A stretch of DNA of 63,655 nucleotides, filler included, from Craspedostauros australis (Eukaryota): assembly GCA_030167865.1 (NCBI GenBank). It is 14 parts of 14 records of this genome, joined end to end, with 100 filler letters (N's around TTAATTAATTAA, not from the genome) between each part and the next. Parts side by side here need not be neighbours in the genome. Positions count along the whole stretch, not along the records: positions 1 to 26,378 come from JALAGF010005733.1; positions 26,479 to 30,012 come from JALAGF010005734.1; positions 30,113 to 31,958 come from JALAGF010005735.1; positions 32,059 to 35,187 come from JALAGF010005736.1; 10 more parts are not named here. One strand, written 5' to 3'. Position numbers and translations under genes: made by a program. Each line of letters opens with the position of its first letter. The first letter of the stretch is position 1. This document shows, piece after piece, positions 24,226-35,287 of the stretch. The notes beneath the pieces were generated by a model. It saw only the letters and a program-made list of their open reading frames with translations, searched no databases and was not told the DNA's origin.

Positions 24226-24682
24226 CGGCGTCTCCTATGACAATCATGTGCTGATGTATATTGGTCAACATCAGAGGGACGTCAACTCAGTGTGACGCAA
24301 TTGCGCGATTGAGTGGCATCGATGGACGCATCGACCATGAGACCAACATGTGATTCCTTGAGTCAACCCGTTCGGAGTGACGGAGCAGATCCTGGATATA
24401 CAAAATTCCCGCTTCTAGACTTCACCAGATATGGAAGGAATGCGCAGTAGCACGGAGCTACTTGTGGGATTAGGGCATGACGAGTATTAGAGCAGACACG
24501 CCTTGTTCCAGCATATGATCTGCTATGTTCTGCTTGTTGGTCTGTTGTTTTCCAGGCATCACGGAATGCATTCGTTTTGCTCACAATTTCCAAATCTCGC
24601 ACGATTGAAACACGATTAAACACAAACACAGACATCAACAGCATCAAACAAGACGATATCGCAACATCCAAAGACATCCACG

Positions 24683-26185
24683 ATGGCAGGAGCAGCAGCT
24701 GAAATCCAGAACTACTTTCGTAATGTGCTACTGTTTCCGGATGATACGATTGGAGAAGCGATCAAGGAGCAGGGAATATCATCATTCGACGACCTGCTTC
24801 CATTAGACGATGACGATATTCAGGCGTTGTGTGAACGCATTCGAAAAGGCAGTGGTTACATCGCAAATCCATCTTACACACCCTCAAAGCCAGTCTCTGG
24901 GACACCGGTAATGATACGCAACCCAGGAGTGCCTCTTGGATGGACATATGAGATGAGATTGCGAAAGCTTCGCTACATTCGCTTTCACTACAGCCGCATT
25001 CAACGAACATTCACATCATCAGGTGCCACACTATCCCGACTCGACGCAGTTTGGAGCTTGTTCAAGGACGAGAAACGAATCAAAGACAGTGATCCATTTC
25101 CAACACCCGAGCTACTCACCAAGGTGGATTCAGTCAGAGAGACGCTGGAAGACATCCGCAATTATTTGGACAACACACTTGGGAGTCAAGACATTCCACT
25201 TGCATACGTTGTTCGACCAGATTCAGAGANNNNNNNNNNNNNNNNNNNNNNNNNNNNNNNNNNNNNNNNNNNNNNNNNNATGTTGGACGAACTGATTGAT
25301 CGTGCATCTCATTCCAGTTCCAGTTCCATTTACAAAGCAGACAGAGCAGCAGTTTGGCAAGTTGTTCGAGCTGCAACACACGGAGGTCCTGCATGGAATT
25401 GGGTACAGGGATTCGAAAGATCGAAAGACGGACGAGCAGCTCATCAGGCGCTGGAGCAGCATTATCGTGGAGACTCATTTCAAGCGCGCACAAAAGCATC
25501 GGCTGACAAAACGATCGCAGAAACATACTTCGACGGAAGAGCACGAAACTTCACGTTTGAGATGTACGCACAGCGATTGAATGCAGCCTTTGAAGATCTT
25601 GCGCAGGGAGGTGAACCGCAGATGGAAGAAGCAAAAGTCAGACGTCTTATGCGAGGAATCAGAGACCAACGTCTGTTCCCAGCATGCGAAGTCGTACGAG
25701 CAACGAAAACATACAAGACAAGCTTTCATCGAACGGTGAACTACCTCGCGGAGTCTCTCGATCAGCGCACTGACACAACAACAAGTCGACGTATTGCAGG
25801 GATGCAAGGCAATAACAGGAAAAACCGAGGTCGCTCAGGTGGTGGTGGAGGTCAAGGCCGGGGTGGCAGGAGCGGACGTGGTAAAGGCGGCGACAAAGGC
25901 AAACCACAATACAATGCCAATATGAACGTGACCGACAGATATTACGACCGAGAAGAATGGGCAGTTATGTCTGCCGCACAGCGTGCACGTGCCATTGCAC
26001 TTCGACAAGAACGAGATGCGAGAAGAGGAGTTGCATCACTTAATACGCAGGGACAGAGCAAACGTCAGCGAACAGATAGTCAGGACGCGACGACTCCTGT
26101 TGCCTCGGGAAGTGCCTCTGCCGACCAGCGCAAGAGCGGCATCGGGGCATTCATGACACGTCGCAATCAACAAGGCCAATCCTGA
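24683..26185 (+). CDS. gag: Gag-like protein of copia element
   Basis: ATG 24683 to TGA 26185, with one internal N gap. Confidence 0.8.
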   Translation: MAGAAAEIQNYFRNVLLFPDDTIGEAIKEQGISSFDDLLPLDDDDIQALCERIRKGSGYIANPSYTPSKPVSGTPVMIRNPGVPLGWTYEMRLRKLRYIRFHYSRIQRTFTSSGATLSRLDAVWSLFKDEKRIKDSDPFPTPELLTKVDSVRETLEDIRNYLDNTLGSQDIPLAYVVRPDSEXXXXXXXXXXXXXXXXXMLDELIDRASHSSSSSIYKADRAAVWQVVRAATHGGPAWNWVQGFERSKDGRAAHQALEQHYRGDSFQARTKASADKTIAETYFDGRARNFTFEMYAQRLNAAFEDLAQGGEPQMEEAKVRRLMRGIRDQRLFPACEVVRATKTYKTSFHRTVNYLAESLDQRTDTTTSRRIAGMQGNNRKNRGRSGGGGGQGRGGRSGRGKGGDKGKPQYNANMNVTDRYYDREEWAVMSAAQRARAIALRQERDARRGVASLNTQGQSKRQRTDSQDATTPVASGSASADQRKSGIGAFMTRRNQQGQS

Positions 26186-26378
26186 CATGAGGTGGGAAGG
26201 CGACGCCATGCAACGGCGATCAGTCAGTCCCTTCCATCTGAGACACCGAGAGCCGAACTGGACTCACATGCTGACACTTGTGCTTTTGGTCCTTCTGCAT
26301 ACATTGTACATCGAACTACACAGACCGTCACAACATCGCCATTCTTGGACACATTGGGGGACGTCACCAACGTACCAA
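24683..26378 (+). mobile_element. Ty1/copia LTR retrotransposon (diatom CoDi-like), 5' part: gag plus start of protease; cut by contig end
   Basis: 500-aa gag-like ORF (GSQDIPLAYVVR, DGRAAHQALEQHY, YFDGRARNFTFEMY, GR-rich tail, DRYYDREEW) followed in the same frame by the aspartic-protease motif ELDSHADTC. Confidence 0.85.
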
Positions 26379-26422
26379 NNNNNNNNNNNNNNNNNNNNNN
26401 NNNNNNNNNNNNNNNNNNNNNN

Positions 26423-26434
26423 TTAATTAATTAA
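26423..26434. other. Artificial contig linker TTAATTAATTAA in N runs; also at 30057, 32003, 35232, 38101, 39358, 42390, 47436, 50408, 52894, 56399, 58848, 62367
   Basis: Identical 12-mer with stops in all six frames, always embedded in N runs, 13 occurrences. Confidence 0.97.
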
Positions 26435-27036
26435 NNNNNNNNNNNNNNNNNNNNNNNNNNNNNNNNNNNNNNNNNNNNCGGTGCTTCACTCCTTTCCAAG
26501 GCTTTGGACCATGCTCCCGCCTCCTGAGAATACCTTACTGCACGAGTAATGCTTGTCAAGTGCTCTATCAACTCAGCTACGCCTCAATCCCTCCCTCAAT
26601 CCCTCCCTCGATCCATTTCCATCTCATAAAATCCAACTGCTCTCACAAAGCAAGCGCAAATCAAACACAAAGAAACGCAAGAAGCAAGCAACCAAACGTG
26701 AGTAGCTTCTGCTCGTATTCGTCCTGCTTCATCTCGGTCCTCTTATCATCCTCCAATACGGCTCCCGCGCTTCTTCCCAATTCCATTTCACTCCTTTGCG
26801 ATCTGCTACACGCTCTCGCCTCCTCTCGATGGCGTTGCATATTCGTACCATTGCTCCACGAGATCCCCAAATTCTAACCTCGTTTCGTCTTCAACCCTTT
26901 GCTTCTCCTATCTGCTGGCTCCCCAAACAACCACAAACGTCGGTATGGCATGGCATGGCACAATGCCCTACTCTGGGAAATCCTGTCACATCCGCAGCGA
27001 GTTCATATCAGACAATCAACGAAGACAACGCTGACC

Positions 27037-29940
27037 ATGAACGTCAAGACTCTCCTGGGATCGCTCGTGTTGAGCCAGATCGGCAGCAATGCCGTCCATG
27101 GCATGTTCGACACCGTCTCTGACGCTGGTGGATCCAACTCGGAGCCATGCCCGTTGGACTATCAGTTGCTCCGTTCCAGCGACTTCCAGTACTCGGGAGC
27201 ACCAATCGAGATCGTGAGCCAGGACACCAGCTCCGTCTCCTTCAAGGTTTACAACGTGTGGCCACAAGACGGCCGCCCCACCGCCGAGATCTACACCGAG
27301 TACTCCGAGAACAACAGCATCGGCGGTGTCAACTGCGAGATGTTCGCCAACGTCCCGGCCAACCAGGACGTGGGCGAAACCTTCACTGCGCAGTGCTTCC
27401 AGACCAAGCCAAAATCGGTCGTCACCCTCTACGTGCGTGATCCCGACATCGACAAGACCATCGGAACTGGCAAAGTTCCGCAGTGCTGCCATGCCGACCT
27501 CTCTATCCAGTACGCAGTCCTCAAGTTCACCTACGTGCTCGAGTGCGTCCCAACCTGCGAAGATCCCACCCCATTCTCCAGCTGCGGTGACGGCACAGTG
27601 GATCCAGGTGAAGAGTGCGATGATGGCAACAAGATCAACGACGATTCCTGCACCAACCAGTGCACGAGCGCCAAGTGCGGTGATGGCATCATGCAAACCG
27701 GCGAAGAGTGCGATGATGGCAACAAGGTCGACAACGATGGCTGCACCAACAACTGCAAGCTTCCAACCTGCGGTGACGGCATCGTGCAGTCCGGCGAAGA
27801 GTGTGATGATGGTAATAACAGCAACACTGATGGCTGCACCAACGGCTGCAAACTTCCAAAATGCGGTGACGGTTTCATGCAGGCCGGCGAAGAATGCGAC
27901 GACGGGAACGCAGTCAACAACGATGGCTGCACCAACGGCTGCAAGCTTCCAACCTGCGGCGATGGAATTGTCCAGAACGGAGAAGAATGCGACGACGGCA
28001 ACGCAGTCAATAACGATGGCTGCACCAACACCTGCAAGAACGCCAAGTGCGGTGACGGTATCATGCAGGCCGGCGAAGAATGCGACGACGGCAACGCAGT
28101 CAACAACGATGGCTGCACCAACGGCTGCAAGCTTCCAACCTGCGGCGATGGTATCGTCCAGAACGGAGAAGAATGTGACGACGGCAACAACAGCAACACC
28201 GATTCTTGTACCAACAACTGCAAGAACGCCAAGTGCGGTGACGGTTTCATGCAGGCCGGCGAAGAGTGTGATGATGGTAACGCAGTCAACAACGATGGCT
28301 GCACCAACGCATGCACCACGCCAACCTGCGGTGACGGTATCATGCAATCCGGCGAAGAGTGTGATGATGGTAACGCAGTCAACAACGATGGCTGCACCAA
28401 CGGCTGCAAGCTTCCAACCTGCGGCGATGGAATTGTCCAGAACGGAGAAGAATGTGACGATGGCAACAACAGCAACACTGATTCCTGCACCAACACCTGT
28501 AAGAACGCCAAGTGCGGTGACGGTTTCATGCAATCCGGCGAAGAGTGTGATGATGGTAACGCAGTCAACAACGATGGCTGCACCAACGGCTGCAAGCTTC
28601 CAACCTGCGGCGATGGTATCGTCCAGAACGGAGAAGAATGTGACGATGGCAACAACAGCAACACTGATTCCTGCACCAACAACTGCAAGAACGCCAAGTG
28701 TGGTGACGGTTTCATGCAGGCCGGCGAAGAGTGTGATGATGGTAACAACAGCAACACTGATGGCTGCACCAACGGCTGCAAGCTTCCCAAATGCGGTGAT
28801 GGTATCGTCCAGAACGGAGAAGAGTGTGACGATGGCAACAACAACAACAACGACAACTGCACCAACAATTGCGAAATCCCCGTTCCAAACACATGCGGTA
28901 ATGGCATCGTCGATCCCGGCGAGGAATGCGACGAAGGAACTCGCAATGACTACTCCGGCACTCGATGCAAGCCAGACTGCACGCTCCCACCCGGCGTGTG
29001 CCCGCTGATCACCCTCGACTTCAACGACCTTCCAGATGGTGGCTTCATCTACGACGAATGGTGGAACACGAAGGGTGTGAAGATCATCGCCGCCAGCTCG
29101 TCTTCCAGGGCGTACACACCCAGACCCCCATCCAATTGCAAAACTGGTGAGCTTGGTTGCTACTGCAGCTTCAATCCCAATTACCCATTGCAGTGCCGCA
29201 ACTGGAGAAGCGACCAGCGCTACGGAGCCGCCCGTGTCTTCGACACCTCCAAACCGACTGGGTACAGAACATCAGACTCAAAGTATGCATTGTACAACAA
29301 CCCCATGTGTGACCCAAGGAGAAGCGGCGACGACGGCGACCCAGATCTCGGAAGCCCCAACGACGGCTGCCCAAATCCAGGTCCTGGTGTCGGTCGCGAT
29401 GGTGCGCCATTGAAACGCAACGGAGGCGTGAACAAGTTCGCCAACTGCCCCGCTACCCCCATCGGCAAGGTCCTCGTCATCCAGGAGGACAAGAAGACGT
29501 GCCCTGACGACATTGGCAAGCCAGGAGGATGCATCTATTTCTTCTTCAGATCGTCCATGCACGGAGCCGTGAAGATAGAGATGAGTCGATTCCTGGACGT
29601 CGACGCCGATGAGAGCCGCCCAAAGATGCAGTTCTACCACCCGCGCCACAGCAGCCCCGACCAGTCCCTCACCAGGTATGCGGACAAGGGCGGCCACAAC
29701 GGCCTCACCGACCTGTGGCTCAATCACTCGAACATCTACAAGACCAGCGTGTCATACACCGGTTCCGGATGCATCGCCGAGCTTCGTTTCCGTCCAAGCA
29801 AATGCCCCTCGCGCCGTTTGAGAGGACAGTCGGCGTGGGACAGCGATTTGGCCGAGGATGAGCTGGAGGCGGAGTTCAACGAGGAGATTGACGAGATTGA
29901 CGAGATCGAGGAGGAGTGGATGATGGCGAATTTGGCTTGA
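27037..29940 (+). CDS. Secreted multidomain Cys-rich protein with 15 Myxococcus-type cysteine-rich repeats (DUF4215/TIGR02232-like); candidate adhesion or cell-surface protein
   Basis: Signal peptide MNVKTLLGSLVLSQIGSNAVHG; Cys-containing N domain (..IEIVSQD..VPQCCH..LECVPTC); 15 x CGDGxxxxGEECDDGNxxxxDGCTNxC; C domain with DPDLGSPN..GPGVG; RRLRG plus acidic tail. Possible 5'UTR intron 26698-26997 (GTGAGT..CAG). Confidence 0.85.
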   Translation: MNVKTLLGSLVLSQIGSNAVHGMFDTVSDAGGSNSEPCPLDYQLLRSSDFQYSGAPIEIVSQDTSSVSFKVYNVWPQDGRPTAEIYTEYSENNSIGGVNCEMFANVPANQDVGETFTAQCFQTKPKSVVTLYVRDPDIDKTIGTGKVPQCCHADLSIQYAVLKFTYVLECVPTCEDPTPFSSCGDGTVDPGEECDDGNKINDDSCTNQCTSAKCGDGIMQTGEECDDGNKVDNDGCTNNCKLPTCGDGIVQSGEECDDGNNSNTDGCTNGCKLPKCGDGFMQAGEECDDGNAVNNDGCTNGCKLPTCGDGIVQNGEECDDGNAVNNDGCTNTCKNAKCGDGIMQAGEECDDGNAVNNDGCTNGCKLPTCGDGIVQNGEECDDGNNSNTDSCTNNCKNAKCGDGFMQAGEECDDGNAVNNDGCTNACTTPTCGDGIMQSGEECDDGNAVNNDGCTNGCKLPTCGDGIVQNGEECDDGNNSNTDSCTNTCKNAKCGDGFMQSGEECDDGNAVNNDGCTNGCKLPTCGDGIVQNGEECDDGNNSNTDSCTNNCKNAKCGDGFMQAGEECDDGNNSNTDGCTNGCKLPKCGDGIVQNGEECDDGNNNNNDNCTNNCEIPVPNTCGNGIVDPGEECDEGTRNDYSGTRCKPDCTLPPGVCPLITLDFNDLPDGGFIYDEWWNTKGVKIIAASSSSRAYTPRPPSNCKTGELGCYCSFNPNYPLQCRNWRSDQRYGAARVFDTSKPTGYRTSDSKYALYNNPMCDPRRSGDDGDPDLGSPNDGCPNPGPGVGRDGAPLKRNGGVNKFANCPATPIGKVLVIQEDKKTCPDDIGKPGGCIYFFFRSSMHGAVKIEMSRFLDVDADESRPKMQFYHPRHSSPDQSLTRYADKGGHNGLTDLWLNHSNIYKTSVSYTGSGCIAELRFRPSKCPSRRLRGQSAWDSDLAEDELEAEFNEEIDEIDEIEEEWMMANLA
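27583..28980 (+). repeat. Coding tandem array, 93-bp (31-aa) unit x15
   Basis: Units counted from the translation; the outer units are more diverged than the inner ones. Confidence 0.92.
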
Positions 29941-30112
29941 TGCTGATGCTCACATCGCATCCGGCGATGACGTTGTCCGACGTCTCCCATCCATGAAGAG
30001 TACGTAGAATGCNNNNNNNNNNNNNNNNNNNNNNNNNNNNNNNNNNNNNNNNNNNNTTAATTAATTAANNNNNNNNNNNNNNNNNNNNNNNNNNNNNNNN
30101 NNNNNNNNNNNN

Positions 30113-31958
30113 GTGAGAGTACTGGCGGCGGCAGGTCGGGAAGAAGACCCGCACGAGGCGTGGGGCAACGACATGGCCAATGAGATCAGGAAATGGTGAA
30201 CTGAAGGCAACACTATTATACTGGGGGTTGACCTCAACGACGTCGTCCTGGACAGTACCACTGCTCGCCTTCTGGAGGCCACAGGGCTGAAGAACGCGGT
30301 ATGGAATAGAACAGGAGACCAGGCAAGGCAAGCTACCCAACAAAGAAACCGAAACAACGTGCCTATCGACGCAATATTTGTGTCAGAAGGAGTGCATCTG
30401 GAGAAGGCAGGCTACCTGGGGTTCGGCGAGGCCATACCATCCAACCACAGAGCGGTATGGGTCGACGTTGGTTTCGAGCAAGTCCTAGGTGTGGCCGTGA
30501 AGCCCATCCGGACCTCTCAGCCCAGGCAGTTGGTCCTCAGTGACCCACGTGTCACCCAGAAGTACAATGACGCACTGTTGGAAGAGTACGGAAAGCACAA
30601 CATATGCAAACGGGTGCAAGAGATATGGTGCCTGGCGAAATCTCAAGGATGGCAACTGACCCCTGCCCAACGACTCCAGTACGACAAGCTCTTGGCGCGG
30701 ACCTATGAGATCAGAAGATACGCAGAGAAGAAGTGTCGCAAGCTGAGAATGGGTGCCGTGGCGTGGTCTCCCGACCTGCAACACGCGAGGAACGTGATCA
30801 AGTTCTGGTCCTTGGAAGTGAAGCACATGTCCGNNNNNNNNNNNNNNNNNNNCCTTCGACAACGCACCAAGAAGTCAGTGGGGCTGGACAGCGAGGCGAC
30901 GCTGGAGCAAGCGAAACAGAAACAGTCTGAAGCATACGCAGCCTATTACACACAGAAAAACATCTCACACAAGCGCGACAACACTACCTGGTGGAGATTG
31001 CGAGGCAACGCCACGATGCTCATGATCAAGAATACGAAGCTGCGCTACATCTTCTGCTGAACCGTGAGAGANNNNNNNNNNNNNNNNNNNNNNNNNNNNN
31101 NNNNNNNNNNNNNNNNNNNNNTGAGAGACAAAGGGAGCAAGCAGGCCGCCTTCGAGCGATCTTCGGTCAGGACAAGTCAATGACCACCAAAGTCCTGTTC
31201 ACCAACGAAGATGGCAGGCTTCATGAATGCACCGAACAACATGAGATTGTCACCGCGTGTATCCGGAAGAACAAGCGAAGGTTCTCACAAGCAAACAGTA
31301 CTCCCTGTATGACAGGTCGAGACAAGCGTGTCATGGATCGTATCTGGCAACCGGAACTCGCAGCCCAACTGGTGAACAAGGAGGNNNNNNNNNNNNNNNN
31401 NNNNNNNNNNNNNNNNNNNNNNNNNNNNNNNNNNGTGAACAAGGAGGGCACGTCTCCAGCCAAACTTGACCCCATGATCCGGACCCTACTCGCAGCACTA
31501 GAGCCCATAGCACAGGACAAGACCGAACTCACAGTCGAGGATCACCAGAAAGCGTGGAAGCAACTAACAGAGCTCACCAACTTGGAGCCAAGCAACCCAC
31601 ATTTTGGCCACTACAAGGCAGCAATGATGGTGGATAGCTTGGCTAGAACNNNNNNNNNNNNNNNNNNNNNNNNNNNNNNNNNNNNNNNNNNNNNNNGACC
31701 ATGGCAACGGATCACAGACGTTGAGATCCTGAAGAAGGCCCAAGTGTTCAATATCGAGAAAATGAGGACCATTCAACTCATGGACGCCCAGTTCAACCTG
31801 AACAATAAGAGGTTGGGCAGGCAAATGATGAAGACTGCTTTGGAGGCAGGCTGATTGTCCGGGTTTCAATTCGTCAGCAGGAAATGCAAATCTGCCATGA
31901 GTGCCGCCCTGAACAAGAGGCTGAGTGTTGATCTGGGTTTCCAACAGAAGGTGGCGAT
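30113..31958 (+). mobile_element. Degenerate non-LTR retrotransposon (Ambal-like LINE) ORF2 fragment: AP-endonuclease C-terminus to start of RT
   Basis: PIDAIFVS..SNHRAVWVD (APE end), KKCRKLRMGAVAWSP, HFGHYKA, WQRITDVEILKK..IEKMRTIQLMDAQFN, SAALNKRL; frameshifts and in-frame stops. Confidence 0.8.
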
Positions 31959-32058
31959 NNNNNNNNNNNNNNNNNNNNNNNNNNNNNNNNNNNNNNNNNN
32001 NNTTAATTAATTAANNNNNNNNNNNNNNNNNNNNNNNNNNNNNNNNNNNNNNNNNNNN

Positions 32059-35000
32059 GTCTCCTGTGCAGTTGCGCAGCCATCGTCATCTCCTGATTCT
32101 GATGCTTCGTTCGTCACCCTTGTTGGGTATTGGTACATTGTGGTCAGCTGCCAGCTCTGTTGTCGTGTTGCCTTGCAACCGCGTTGTCGATCGCCTTCAT
32201 CCTCTTCTGGATAGCATCGATTCATCATGCTGCAGCTTCTTCGTCGTGGGAGTTGTTGGTGGCCTCCTACCATTCATCCTCCATTCATCTGAGGTTCCTC
32301 CCTTCCGGCTCTGTCATTCGATTCTTCATCCGACATGCCGCGTCTCTCTCATTGCTCGTCTATCGATGCGTCTTGACTCACTGTATCTGGAATCCGCCGT
32401 TCATGGCTCGCACTCTCATAGTTGTATCCTTTCCAGATTCGAGTCTCTCTCTCATCGATCTCATTCTCATCGCACATCGATCTCATATCTGTGCTCGTAG
32501 TATCTCGCCGATCATTCGGCATCCGGTTCTTCTAGATCATCAGCCATGCTCATGTCATGGCTATATCACTGAACCGTACTGCCATGGCCTCCTGCCATTC
32601 ATTGCTCTTCTTGGGATCCACATGACCCCTTCATTCGTCAATTGTGGTTGGATCCAGAATAATTGCGACATTTGGTTGCTCGGATCCCTCTCTTCGTTCT
32701 GTATGTAGTTCAATGCTTGGTTCGCAGTGATGAAGTCACCCAGGCTCATCTTCTCATGAGTGGTGTCAATCGTCATGCCTGCGATATCTCTGTTGAATGT
32801 TGACCCTTCTGTGTGAATGTTGGGTCCTCCTGTTGCCGGTAGTGTGGTAGTCATCGTCGAGTGGCCTCATACCCCTCATCGTTCTCTGATTCTGATTCTC
32901 CACCTGATCCGAGTTCTCGCTCTTCCTTCGGATGGGTGTATTGTTGCATCCCTCGAGAGCACTCAGCATCCTCGGCATGTGCACGACAGGTTCTGCGATT
33001 GGGACTGTGTTTGGTGCGTCCTCGACCAGATCGTCTCGTCCCGTCTCATCGTCCCTTCTGGATTCATCGTCGTCATCATCGTACGATTCATTGTCCCCTT
33101 GGGTAGGGAGCAAGTCATCTTGCCCTCGAGCAGCGTCTTCTGTATCTGTATCGTCTCCGGCTCTTCTGCTCTGATCAGCGTCGTTGGTCTCCATGCTTCG
33201 GATGGTATCCGCACGTCGCTCCCAAGTCACTCTTCTATCTGGGGTACTCATCCCTGTAGTAGAGTCGTCATCTCCCAGGTCTGTCAGTACTGACCTGCTG
33301 GCATTCTCAATACGCTCGAATTGCCCACATGACGTATCCATCCATGTCACGTTCATCGTGATTAGGATCCTGGTCATCACCAGGTTCACTCGTGCGGTCC
33401 ATACCGCTTNNNNNNNNNNNNNNNNNNNNNNNNNNNNNNNNNNNNNNNNNNNNNNNNNNATTAGGATCCTGGTCATCACCAGGTTCACTCGTGCGGTCCA
33501 TACCGCTTGCATGCGACTTCTGTATCCAATCAGCATCTGTTGGATTGGAGTGAGGTTGCTGTTCTCCAGCATGTCATTGATTGTGTACACATTGCGAGCC
33601 ACGTCGAGTGCGCTCCGCACGCCAATCTCATGCATCATGTAGTGCAACCTGCATGGGTGCACTCATCTGCACAGTCGACTCTCGAATTCGTCGATCGCTT
33701 CGTAGCAGATCATCGAAAGCTCGACGCGCACATTGTTGGCAGACGTCATGCTGCTCAACGAGTATCGAGCCAAGAGGCAGATCGGACCTGCATCCATGTG
33801 CAGTCCTCTGCGCTCCTCATCACTCGTTTGCCTTCGTTGTAGTTGGCGTTGCCGTCTTCCTCTTCATTCTCGGATGAAAAGGGTTGTCTGTTGATCCACT
33901 CCATCGTGATCGTNNNNNNNNNNNNNNNNNNNNNNNNNNNNNNNNNNNNNNNNNNNNNNNNNNGAGTGTACTCAGCTATCTCCTCCCTGGTCCACTCATA
34001 GTCGTTGACTGGTGTTCCGCTGTCGAAGTCGGAAACCCCATCATTGTTGATTGTTACGAGTGCCATGTTGTTCGTGATCGCGTTGTCGTCGCGCATCATC
34101 GTGTGGTTTCACATGGTCACATTTTGGTCGTTGTTCGCGATTTCGGTGATGGCCACGAATTTCGTGTTGGTCACAATTTTGATGCCGACCACATTTTCGT
34201 TGATGGGCATGGGCATCGGCTCGTCGTTTGTGATGAGAGCGATGTCAACCATCCCGTCCATCCCGTCTGTCGCGACCTTGGCCGACCCGGCTTCCTTCAT
34301 CTCACTATCGTGGGCATCGCGGTTAGGACATCTGCTCCTGAACCGACCGATCCGTTGTTAGTGTCATCTTCCTCTCACTCTCTTACTGCCATTGCCTCGT
34401 GCGCACTTATAACCGTGTTTGATACGGTGGCGGTCGTAGATGAGGCTCATGGCTCTGCGGGTGTCTGAAATCATTGTCTTCTCCGATGGCGAGGACACCT
34501 CTTGTTCCTCGTCTTTCGTATTGACCCTGGGATCGAAGCGCAGAAGGACCTCCCGTCCAGCCTGTTCCAGCGCTTTCCCTTCTCGTCGAAGCACACACTT
34601 CCTGTGTTGCTGTTCTCGTTGTTGTCGCCAATTCATGGCTGGTAGATTGCATTCTTGCCTCCTCGATCATCTCGCAGTAGGAATCGCAGCCAGCACTCGA
34701 GCATGTATCATTCGATGGCAGTCGGTGCCATGTGATCATCTCGGTGCTCTCCATTGCTGCTCCTCGCGTCACTCTTGATGTGATCGCGATCATGGGCCAT
34801 GCCAATTCCTGCGTAGGTCTTGATCGTCCTTTACCTTATCATCCCTGCTTGCATGCTCATGCTCGATTGAGTCGCGCGCGCCATGCGCACAGACGTTCAG
34901 CATCAGCGATCTGTGTTGCTCCTCGTCCATCTCGGCTTCCATATTGACCGAGTGTTAATGAGGCAGCTCCATTCTTGCAGGGTAGGTTGGAAGCTCTCAT

Positions 35001-35187
35001 TGCTTCCTCTATTGCATCTTGTTGAGCTCCTTCAGCTATCTCGCCCTCATGGCGCAGTCTGCTGAATCCGATGCATCCGAGAGCGTGGTCTGCTGCGTCC
35101 GATTCTCTTCTTGCGTACAGCTCGCTCTCGTACTCCAACACAGCCGTGAAGGTCTCCATGCCTTCCTTGACTTCATGGTCCCATGAC
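32059..35187 (-). other. Decayed long coding-like sequence of unknown identity (possibly TE-derived)
   Basis: A chain of minus-strand acidic, protein-like ORF pieces in shifting frames (34857-35159, 33755-34099, 32766-33662, 32561-32854); no recognisable domain. Confidence 0.3.
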
Positions 35188-35287
35188 NNNNNNNNNNNNN
35201 NNNNNNNNNNNNNNNNNNNNNNNNNNNNNNNTTAATTAATTAANNNNNNNNNNNNNNNNNNNNNNNNNNNNNNNNNNNNNNNNNNNN

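Noticed and set aside
27583..28980. CRISPR-like array
   Set aside because: The units are contiguous in-frame coding repeats without unique spacers; no cas genes; eukaryotic context
27016..29008. Long alternative-frame and antisense ORFs (27016-28533, 27326-29008, 27531-28946)
   Set aside because: Shadows of the 93-bp coding repeat and its codon bias
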